In this document: positions 42,301 to 54,300 of the stretch, in pieces | Numbering within the stretch: the stretch's first letter is position 1 | Layout of the letters: the number at the start of each line of letters is the position of its first letter | From: Phoronis australis | Taxonomy: Eukaryota; Animalia; Phoronida | DNA: 64,000 bases | Reading direction: 5' to 3' | Assembly: GCA_002633005.1 (NCBI GenBank) | Contig: NMRA01000157.1 | Coordinates: 549,501-613,500, forward strand | The notes under the pieces: generated by a model | Seen by the model: the letters and a program-made list of their open reading frames with translations, nothing else | What the model was told of the DNA's origin: nothing | Databases searched by the model: none | Made by a program: the position numbers and the translations under genes

Positions 42301-45300
42301 AAGACTGGTGAGTGACACTTCTGTTGACAATACCCTGACTGCAAAAAGTGAAATAACTACTGATGATTGGACGAAAAACTCAAAGAGCTTACAACATGCA
42401 TAATGAGCAGAGTTTGACCTTTCTGTTGATGTGTTTACGAACGAATTGGGTCATCGGAAGACTGAGCAATGAGGACACGAAAACCGGCAAATTTCGATGA
42501 AAATTTCACGAGATATGCAGTCGCGGAGAAGGTGATGTTTTTTAAAATGAAATAAATAAGGTTTAAAATGAAGTTTGCTTGTTTTAAAGTATTGTTTTGT
42601 GAAGTAGAATAAATAAATAATCATATTCTGCAATAAAAAAAATTTGACCTAATTTTAACCGATAGTGACTGTTTGCAGTCTTGTCAGGAAATAGAGTTTC
42701 CGACTTAAGACTCATTTTGTCGTGGTGGGTCACATATATAAATATACATCATAGTTGCGCATGCCAACTTCACGTGTTATATTGCATTTGTCATTCCTGA
42801 TGTGCGTTTCACTGTGAACTAGTTGTAAATAGTAGCTTGAAGATGAGATATGTGTCTTGAAATATCGCTTTTTAAATTATGTTAGCTACTGATGTTGTTT
42901 GGATTTTTATTGCATTGTTGTGATGTAAAGACAAGATCTCTATTTAGAAAGTTTGAAAAAACTGAAATTAAACTAGTAAAAACAGATCAAAGTCGTGTCT
43001 TCAATGGAATTCAGAAGTAATGAATACATCCAAGAGACTATAATCTACATGGAAACGAGCGAGGAGTAGGAGGAAGTGGGTGGCCTGAGGGGGTGAGGAA
43101 GTGATAGTGGGAGGGGCAAAGGGTGGGAGGGAAGGGTGGAGGGAGGGAGGGAGGAAGGGAGAGAGAGGGAGGGAGTGAGTGAGGGAGGGAGGGAGTGAAG
43201 GAGGGAGGGAGTGAAGGAGGGAGGGAGGTACCACGAGAGGGAGGCAATGAGGGTGTAAGCTAGGAACAACCCAGTATGCTACACTGCAATTAATAACAAA
43301 ACCACTCCTTGTGTAAAGGTAAATCTAAGGACAGTTAAATCATTTTTGCCCATAACAAGTATGACATAATACAACACTACAAATCTACCAATATCAAACT
43401 GCTGACATATGTGTAATCAAGCAAGCACATAACATTAAGTACCGTCAGCTGTTGTACAAATGTACCCATGGGGGTCATCTCTGGTAGGTTAACAGGACTA
43501 GGTGGTATGAAGTGAGGTGGGTTGTTGTTCACGTCGGTCACGTTAATAGTCACAACAACTGATGTACGCCTGTAAAGGGAGGGCAAGGTTATCAACATGC
43601 ATTTTAGGAACAATACAACATGATTATCTGACATTCTCATGGGCAACTGCAACAAATGCAATGCAGCATGCAAACACGTCATGCTTAGAGCAAAACTATG
43701 GTAAATTCCATAGAAATTTGTGTCAAGTTTATTTGAAAACCACTGAATATAATGAAAACTACTGTACACTGGTGATGGAACTAACTAATAAGTGTTCAAC
43801 TATGACAACTGTTTATTGACTGTTGCTGCATCCACTACTTAAATTCTTACTGCTATACATAGTATCCAACTACTATAATTATAACTACTACTGGTAAACA
43901 TAGTATCCAACTACTATAATTATAACTATTACTGCTATACATAGTATCCAACTACTATAATTATAACTATTACTGGTAAACATAGTATCCAACTACTACT
44001 ATAACTACTACTGGTATTCATAGCATCCAACTACTACAACAACTACTACTGGTAAACATAGTATCCAACTACTACTATAACTACTACTGGTAAACATAGT
44101 ATCCAAATACTACTATAACTACTACTGGTATTCATAGCATCCAACTACTACAACAACTACTACTGGTATACATAGTATCCAACTACTACTATAACTACTA
44201 CTACTTGGTACACATACCTTCTCTGACTTAGGTCAACTGCTTTGTCTTCTGCCATGACAGTTAGGGTGTATAGTGGCTGATAGTTGTTGCTAAGACTGTC
44301 CGCCACAAACAGACTACCAGTTGAGTCATCTATTCTGAATTTAGACAGTCCACCGTTTGTGGCCGAAATGATTCTGTACATGACTTGGCCATTTTCAGCA
44401 GAGTCTGAATCATTTGCATACACCTATGGCAAAAAAACCAAGAAGACGTGTAATAAATATTCAGTCTGATAAAGAATTTGTGAAACGTTCCGAACACCCT
44501 TGCTTACAGGAGCTACAAATTCATCACAAAAACAAACTTTTGATTCAGAACAAAACGGCATCAACAACTTGACAGAATTCCATTTGCTAATAAATCGAAG
44601 AGAAGAAATCTCAAAACTGCTACGATATTTTTCTAAATTATCATTTGGTTTTTATTTGATGCAACTTAATTTTTTCATAAAAAACATAAAGAGACTATCT
44701 TTGATACCCCCTCATGCAAAAGTGGAACATTTTAAAAACAATCCCTTACACATTTTAGAGAACCATGTATACAGCATAGTATTTGAGTTTCATAAGAATC
44801 AAACCTGCCATAAATTATATGAAGTTCTGAGTTCATATTTTCCAGGGTCCTGCTGAGCCTTAGATCAGCTCTACAAGTTGGCTCGTCATGGCATGTCATT
44901 TTATGCACCAACGATGTTCTCAAACAGTTATGAACTAGAAATGGTTTCTCATCTGAATAAGGAACAATTTGAGGCAAATTTTATAGCGGCTAGTGCATTA
45001 AGTCAAAAGTTCATTTCTTGGACAGATACACAAGCTGTGTAGACCCAGCATTGGACGGTTATAAAAGCTGTCTAGACACAGCATTGGACCGATATACATG
45101 CTGTCTAGACACAGCATTGGTTCGATACATAATTTTCAAGAACATAATTTTCAAGAAAGCACACAGTACACAAAACACTTTGACACTTGTATGCAACTCA
45201 CATAAAGCAACACTTGCTTTAACATTGGTTTAACCTCAATTTCAATCACGATATCCTCTTAAAACATGTCACCAGAGTTAGCTTTTAATAAAACAGTTCA

Positions 45301-48300
45301 TGTTAATAATGTTGCGGGTTTAAAATGAGCTTGCTAAGCATGTTTCAAATAGCAATGTGTGTTTTATGACTGATAGTGTTTATTATTGACCATCTAATCC
45401 TTATACTACAGTGCTAACTGTAGGCAACAATAATTACCGAAGAATATAGCAGAAAAGGTGAAATCTAAAACTGTAAAATTTCATCATAGAAGTCCCCACT
45501 TCATTGTTAATGTGCTTTGAAATAAAACTTTGTGAAATGTTTACTATTTTTCTAGTTGAAAAACAAAAACATGACATAACCACTGCTATGCCCTTGGATT
45601 GTTGATAATTAAAAACATGACATAACCACTGCTATGCCCTTGGATTGGTGATAATTAAAAACATGACATAACCACTGGTATGCCCTTGGATTGGTGATAA
45701 TTAAAAACATGACATAACCACTGGTATGCCCTTGGATTGGTGATAATTAAAAACATGACATAACCACTGGTATGCCCTTGGATTGGTGATAATTAAAAAC
45801 ATGACATAACCACTGGTATGCCCTTGGATTGGTGATAATTAAAAACATGACATAACCACTGGTATGCCCTTGGATTGGTGATAATTAAAAACATGACATA
45901 ACCACTGGTATGCCCTTGGATTGGTGATAATTAAAAACATGACATAACCACTGGTATGCCCTTGGATTGGTGATAATTAAAAACATGACATAACCACTGG
46001 TATGCCCTTGGATTGTTGATAATTAAAAACATGACATAACCACTGCTATGCCCTTGGATTGTTGATAATTAAAAACATGACATAACCACTGCTATGCCCT
46101 TGGATTGGTGATAATTAAAAACATGACATAACCACTGCTATGCCCTTGGATTGTTGATAATTAAAAACATGACATAACCACTGCTATGCCCTTGGATTGG
46201 TGATAATTATGTGTCCATCAATGATGAGGTAGTAAGAGTATACAGCTTGTAAATGCTGATTACGTCAATTGCACTGGACCATTACACTGGACCATTACAC
46301 TGGACCATTACACTGGCCCATTACACTGGTCCATTACACCGCCACATTACACTGGCCCATTCAATGGTTCATTACTTCATGCAAAATCGATTACATAAAT
46401 CAACAGTGAATGACTGTCCATAACAAGGGGATGATAGTGCACTAGGTTCTGAAATGAAGAACAATTCCTGCAATGTGTGAAATTACTGAAGAATATTGTA
46501 GATGATGCATACAAAACTCAAAGATGTCTTCTACTAACAAAAACAATGAAACGCAACCTCTGAAACAAAATTGACTCACCTTCCCCAGAGGTGCAGACTG
46601 TGGCCATGTTTCATTTATTGTGAAGTAATATGTATCCGGGTGGAAGATTGGGTTGTTGTCATTCACATCACGCAGAGTTACATTGACAGTGCTATAGGCA
46701 CTGGAGAAATTCTGTGCAGAATTTATCTCCACAGCGTACACCTGTAAAAAGAATATAACTTCCAAAACCGTTTTTCAAGATGTATTACTTAAGCAACATT
46801 AACATTACCATATTACACAGCCACATTAAAGGCATTACTCTATTTTAATATTGACTCATAACTTTCCTTTCACAAAAATGAGTGACTTAAGAAATTGTGT
46901 AACTGTAAGATTAAACTGCAGCTGCAAGAATGTTTTATTGGCTGCTATAAGTTGAGTAGGAAATGAAAATTTAGTCAAAAGCAACTGGAAAATTGGATGG
47001 CGTAGACAGGTAAGCTAAAATGGACAAGGAATAAATTCTCCTTAATTTTTTCTTAAGCCCTGAGTAGTATAAAAACATTTGAAGTGACACCCACTAAGCT
47101 CTCAACTGGATGGACAGTGTGAAGCAAAACCTTGCACATTCCATGAAGAAATGCCACATGTGAAATGAGTGTCGATTCACAACGGTGAATGTAAAATTTA
47201 CTAGTTTGACAAAGGTGAAAATATTCAGGTATTCACTGGGGCGGCAGACCCTAATGCCCCATGCTGATTAGCTGCTTTCTGCTCCCTATCTATTGATATA
47301 TTGAACAGGGAAATTTATTCACTAGCGCCACCTAATGAGGATTACTAACTGTAAACTAATGAAAGCAACACAATGTGTTTCAATGATGTGCATCCATTAC
47401 CTGGAATTGAAGGCTATGTCTTGACTCAAAGTCCAGTTTAGCTGGATTCTTCACTTGAATGAAACCAGTCTGACGGTTGATGGTGAAAGTGTCACTTGGG
47501 GGTGAAATCCTGTATTCAAACATTGCATTGACGCCCTGCAAAATAAGGTTACACCCCGGGTGAAAAAAATATAACTTTTGAAGTGCACAATTTCTGTTAC
47601 TCAACAGTATGCACCTTCAAACACAAACATTACTGAAAACAACATGACTATTTAAGATTTTAAATTATTTCCAATTTGTGCCTTTTCCACAAGCCTTAAC
47701 AGGGATCTGCATTACTTACAAATGAGACTTTTATTCTACTACGGCAAGAGAACATACAGTTGTAATTGAACGCGTTAATAATCATTTATGACAGTTCTAA
47801 CAATGCCTACAAGTTCATTGTTTTTTACGGAATTTTGTTTCACAATCCGAAACAGATGACAAAGGACCGATCACCTAAGAAGGCCGTGCTCACCTCATCA
47901 CCATCTGTAGCTGACACCTGAGTCACTATTGTTCCTTCTTTCGCGTTCTCAAGCAGGCTTGCACTGTAGTGACTAGACGACATCACAGGCACGTGATCAT
48001 TAGCATCCTTTACCACAATTTGGAGGATTGCCACAGCTAATCTTGACAGTGGAGCATTTGTCTGCACAGCCTGCAATGTAAGTAACTAAGACATCCAACA
48101 TATGCCAACAGTACATTCCATCAGTACCGTATAAGATATCACCTAAACAGTTCAAGTAATTGTGAAATGATCAACAACAGTACACCTAGCCTGCCATATC
48201 TGCCCCAGTAAATGTCGATCAACAAATCCAGCCCACCACTAGCTTACTGTTGTCCTCTCGCACATAAGACCGTCCCCTTACTTTTTGGTCTACACCAAAT

Positions 48301-51300
48301 CCAACTGACCCCTTTTCTTGCTTGCTGTTGATAGGAAGGCATTAGCTCAAAGCTGCCTCAACTACAGCATTTCTTAATAGCAAGCTTATAAGCGAACATG
48401 ATTTACATATTGTGTCCTTAATATATGCTTAAGTGTCCAATACAAGCCCAGCCATGTATATGCTCATTTAATTTACAGAGCAGCTTCCCAATGACAGAGA
48501 GAGCTTATGCCAGGTTGAATGCAGTAAATAGTACCAGAGTTTCATTTAACCTAAATACAAATTAAAAAAAAAACATGCAGCTTACTTATTTACATGCGCA
48601 TGCTTTTCACACACAAACATACATAATGGTGGCAACAATAAAAATTCTTCCAAATCATAATACAAAATGTTGGAAAGTAAAATTTTACTTTTATTATAAA
48701 AATTTCCACCAACACTTCATACGAAGACAATTTTACTTGATTATTTGAAAACTTTCACAAATAGGCAATACAGTGAGCACCTGAAAAATGAAGAAAATGT
48801 CACTTTTGGCCATTATTTTTGTTCCAATTTGCNTGCAGTAAATAGTACCAGAGTTTCATTTAACCTAAATACAAATTAAAAAAAAAAACATGCAGCTTAC
48901 TTATTTACATGCACATGCTTTTCACACACAAACATACATAATGGTGGCAACAATAAAAATTCTTCCAAATCATAATACAAAATGTTGGAAAGTAAAATTT
49001 TACTTTTATTATAAAAATTTCCACCAACACTTCATACGAAGACAATTTTACTTGATTATTTGAAAACTTTCACAAATAGGCAATACAGTGAGCACCTGAA
49101 AAATGAAGAAAATGTCACTTTTGGCCATTATTTTTGTTCCAATTTGCGGAAACGTAACTGTACATTACATGAACATGTCAACAGTAACTACACTTTTAAT
49201 CCAGATAATTACATAGAGAGACTCGAAACATTTGTTTATGGAAACCATCGCTACGTGCACATGAAGCTGGGTGTGCTTAACATCATCCACAAAATGCACT
49301 AAATACAACCGAATCTAAACTTTTATGTTGCAAATCATAACCGCCAAATATTCTTCATACCAAAAGATCCAAGATTCAATAGGAGTTGTATTACAAGCGT
49401 TGTTATCTCACACTAAGAATTAAAGGACCAAAGAGACAGTGAGAGAGGCTGGAGTTATAGGGTGTCCCAAAAAGTTTACCAAAAACATTTTGAAATACGA
49501 AAATCCAAAAATTTCATTGACAAAACAGAGATGCTACGGATAATGCGATAAAAACGAATACATCCAACCTCTGCTTGCTTTGCTCAAATCAAACAGAATG
49601 TTTTCTACTCCAGCAAACAAAAAAAAAACAATTCCTTAAGCTGTTCTCTGCCAGTTGTGATGAAAAATAATTGATAACTACTATGGAGCTGCAAATCTGG
49701 TTGCGTTTGAAACTAAAATTTAAACAATTTTGTTCTCAGCATAGGAGCCTACCATGGCACACTTTTTAAATTATGCGCATTGCAGAACAAACTTTGAGAT
49801 GTCTGGACTAAGACAAACACTTTATTTCATTCCCATTAAAGCATTACACTGGCACTCGTTTTTCAAAATACTCTGTGAACATTTTTGGGACAACCTGTAC
49901 ATATCACGATGCTTTGAAAGGCAAGACCATAATTTAGGGGGTACAGGAACACCGTCAGCATGCTGTTTTCAGAGGTTACATTGACAATATTCTTTTGGAA
50001 ATTGTGGTAAAAAGTTATGCCCTTTCCCTTACAAGTAAATCCACCAGAGTGTAACACTTGCAGCCAGGTTCAAATAATAGCAAAAGAAGCAGTTAAAACA
50101 GAGTACGTGATCAGGTTATGACCTCAATTCATAGCAGAATAATCAAGTCCGAACTACATTATCCCAGATCAAGTACGATTTTATAGTGAGACTATATAAA
50201 TGAGCATTTAAGTAACTCCATCTTGAAGTAGCTATATATGTTGTTTACTGCTGCTAAGCAAGTTGCAGTGTTACTGCAAAATTGCATTTGTCATTCTAAT
50301 GCCAACAAAGGTTTACTGGCAGTGTTAAACATTGCTGAAATACAGAACTTTGAAAAGAGGGACAAATATCTGTGGATACATAATATATCATATCTGACCG
50401 TGATGCATTTTCTTACTTCTGAGAAAGACAGGTCAATATGACAAGAGATCGCCCGATAGTCCAATTGGGCATTCCAAACATGAATGAATCCAGTTAATGA
50501 GATTTCATTGTTACCGAGCATTAAGTAATTTTAGGAGTTAGGTGAGCAGCACAATGCCATTTCACCAGTCACATGCTTATCATGTGAGTAGAAACTCCTC
50601 AAGTAATGTACAGGGGCTATACGTTGTATTTACAGACTGCACGGATCAGACCGTTTGTTTTCTGCAATAGGACAAATGAGGACACGTGTAGTTTTCTTTG
50701 ATTATCGGAAACCTTTAAAAATGCTTAGCGTATGTTTCCACTGCATTTGTATAATGAAATAATGAAGTAATGAAATACAACTAAGATCATCAATGACTAA
50801 CATGGTAGTAGGCAGTAATTAATTGTCATTTCAGAAAAATCAGCATTTGAAAAGTTACTAATCTACTTGAACTACGAGTGAGAGGATTAATACTGGGAAA
50901 CAATCAGTTTGTTCACACATTGTAACACATACTGTCAGTTCAGAGTCTGATGTCGTCTGCACAGCCTGTAAGTTAATACAACAATACAAAGCAGCAGTCA
51001 GTCAAACCATGATAAACCACCACTAACACTAATGTCAAGATTGAAGGACCATGTGCCATCATGTTGGATTAACAATGTCTAATTATAAAAGAATGTCTTT
51101 GAAACAAAAAGATTTTCTTTATCAATTCAGTTTTATAATTTCCATATTGAACTTATGGTTTAGCTAGAATGCATTTAAACGATGACAAAATCAGGAATGC
51201 ATCACAAGCTCTATGAACTATTTAAATACTAGCATGTCATCAAGCTAACCACGCTTGTCAGCAAGAACACAAAATATTATTTTGTTCCTTTGTTTGGCAT

Positions 51301-54300
51301 GTGGTCCTTTAACGACACAATAGGATTAGTGCGCAAGTCACAAACAAACGAAGCAGTGGTCAGTATACATTCCACCGTAAATTATTTAATGTTTTGGTCA
51401 ACTGACAAGTTACTCACCGCTTGTAAACACAAACACACACACTATATCTGTCAGTGGACACAAGAGAATTAAATATGGAACAAAAAAAACTTTGTTCAAA
51501 AATGTTGGACTGGCTGTGAAGTTGTGAGCATGCAAAAATACGGTTGAGATACAACAGCAAGTTTTACTTTAAAAGACTAACAAGACAACAAAGATTAGAA
51601 AAGAACAAAGCATCTGTTTTTAACACAGATTTAAAACCAATGAAAAACTTTGATATGAACAATTAGTACCAAAGATGTGCCCAATTACCAACATTTTCAT
51701 GACTGACTCTGGCAAATGTGTTGATTAAACTATAAGCCTTGAGGTCGAGAAGTCTTATCAGCCAATATAAAAAACACATTCACTAATCTCATTTCTATTC
51801 TACTTACATATCACCATACATTCCCTCAGTGTTAGTGAACCTCAAATTGATACATTGTAAATAACACTGATCCATGAGTTAAATATCTACTGTTTGATAT
51901 AATATTAATGATATGTGGTTAAAAGTTGAAGATAATATCTCAGATACAGACTTATTCATCACCTATAGAACAGTCATTACTGCATATATAAAGACTACGC
52001 AGCTTTTAGGTCAAACCGAATGGTAAAGTCTCTTCGAAGTCGTTTTATTAATACCTTTTTCTGGTTCGCAACAACTCTTAATAATTTTATAATTTACAGC
52101 TGAAACACCAATAGCAGTGATTTCCTATATAAGAGAATTGTGGTAATGAGATTGAATGAACACCACTAGTCATAACGCAAATTGTTACCTTAATTTTCAA
52201 GGTGTATTCATCCGTCTGCTCCCTGTCCAACACCTGACGTAGGGCCACTTCACCAGAGGAACTGTTGATGACAAAAAGCTCAGACCCCTCTGAAACAAAA
52301 TGGCAGTGAGTTAATAAGCGATAACATGGAGTGCATCGCTAGCATTGCCCATCATCACTGAATACTTCCACAATATTGTCTTTTCATTACAACGCAGACA
52401 CAATTCATTGGCAGAAACATTTTCACCAAAAGACCTTTGAATTAAAATCTATCTTTCAGAAAAATATACTTGTCACAAGGCTTTCCAGTCACTCTCACTA
52501 AATGTATGGTCAAACAAGATGACAACTACAAAGAGCAGAGTTGAATCACAATTAAAATAACTGCTCTCTAGTGACTACAATCTTAACATCACACACCTCC
52601 TTCTAGACTGTACTCAACCGTCTGATTAATACCAAAGTCCAAGTCATACGCATGAATAGGTGGCTGTGTCGACACAGGTTTGTTGATTGCAGCAGTGTTG
52701 TTCTAAAAAGTATTTGACAAGAAAATTAGTAGCATAGCATGCATGCATTTTAAGGAAATGACACGTGTTCCTATCCTTCTTCTTCAAGTACCTACAAACT
52801 CACATTGAATTAGTCAGTTTAGAGTGCTTACTGCTATAACGTTAGTCTTAACTTCTATTATAGCAAGGCTAGAGGTCATTTCTAAGCTTGGGAAAATCCA
52901 AGAAATCGATGCTTCTGAAGACAGGGCTGAGATGGTATTGGCTGGAAATAGGCTAGTAAAAAGCCAGACAAGTGACCTAGTTGATTCAGGGGTTCTGAAG
53001 ACTGGACTGAGTTTGTATTGACTGGATATAGGCTGACCAAATGCCAGGACGTTCATAAGGGCTGTTCCAGCAAAATCTGTGTGGGAGGGGGGGGAAGGCA
53101 ACTGAAATAAAAATTTATGGGTGGTTGCGTTTGACTTAAATTCAAAATGGCTGGTGGTCGTACTTCAAAAAAATTAAAATTTACAGGTCGTTGTTGTTTC
53201 ATTGGGCCATAAATCTTTGATGGTGGGTAATTTTAGTAAATTTTATAAACAATCTGCACAGAATCAAAAACTGAAACAAAAATGCGACTTTCAAAGAGCT
53301 CGGACTTTTTCACTCCCTCCGATCTCCTCATCGGCATGCCCATAACACCATTTAACCACAGGTGCTCGAATTTCTCGATGGCTAATAACCATATATAAGA
53401 AACTTATGTTTTCTTAGTAATGAATGACGTTAGTGGTGATGGAGGAACAGATAAACTCAAGCACCTGTGCAGTCAACCACAAAAACAAAAAAAAATTACG
53501 GGTGGTTGCATTTCAAACTTATAAAAAATTACGGGTGGTAGGCTGAAAAATATGGGTGGTGGGTGCGAAAAAAAGGTGCCTTCCCCCCCCCTCCCATACA
53601 GATTTTACTGGAACAGCCCTAAAGATAAAAGCTGAAATTACTACATCTTAGATAACAAATTTCATGTAAAACAAATGGGGACATGCTCAACAAATTCCTA
53701 ACATTTTAAAAATTCTCTAAGGCAAGTGACATAACAAACCTACAGAAAAGTCGAGTGACCGTGAAGGAAGACACGTTCTTACACGTGTCTGGGATTGAAT
53801 TTCACCATCAAAGATATCATTATGCATCATTACAGAGACAATATAGCAGTGCATGAGCGTACTATTTTAATAACAGCACAAAAAACCGGGATGTAGAAAT
53901 ACATCACATTAACTTCATTGTTAAGCATTTAAGTAGCCATAATGTCCAGAAACACTAAAAAACCTTTTGACCACTGTTTCTCTGTTCTATTTCTGGCATA
54001 TTTTTAATTTTCATCTGAATATCTGTTAAGCACCTTACGCAAGCTAACAGAATGGCTGATGTATGAGTATTAAAATAAAAACTTTATTTGCTGACAAAGT
54101 AAGAACATAACTTACAAAATAAAAACTGAAAACCTCATCAGCAGTTGGTTGCAAGATGTGAAGTTTTGATTGATCAGCCAATTAATTTTATTGTGACTAA
54201 TATTTGAAGGGATGTCTGCATCTCAATTGTTCTTTGTTTCACAGTCACACTTTGACACATGGCCAGCACATAGTGAACTTATACAATGCATACAGAGCAC

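Larger units (their letters stand above)
40876..43010. mobile_element. about 262-bp inverted arms (40876-41138 / 42749-43010), each with a hammerhead motif; Penelope-pLTR/retrozyme-like
   Basis: Arms are reverse complements of each other with scattered mismatches; core CTGAAGA-T-GAGAT/GTCTC-GAAA-TA-TC. Confidence 0.75.

Noticed and set aside
43001-43269. Pro/Ser/Leu-rich ORFs in three frames
   Set aside because: Translation of the (CCCT)n microsatellite.
45565-46208. CRISPR-like regular array
   Set aside because: Head-to-tail units with no unique spacers, no cas genes, and a eukaryotic intron context.
48520-49147. 313-bp direct repeat (LTR-like?)
   Set aside because: Adjacent copies are separated only by an N, with no internal region or target-site duplication; assembly overlap.
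51418-51447. Strong GTGAGT donor with an upstream AG, possible micro-exon
   Set aside because: The phase-0 reading from the CAG hits TAG at once; no convincing in-frame cadherin-like peptide.
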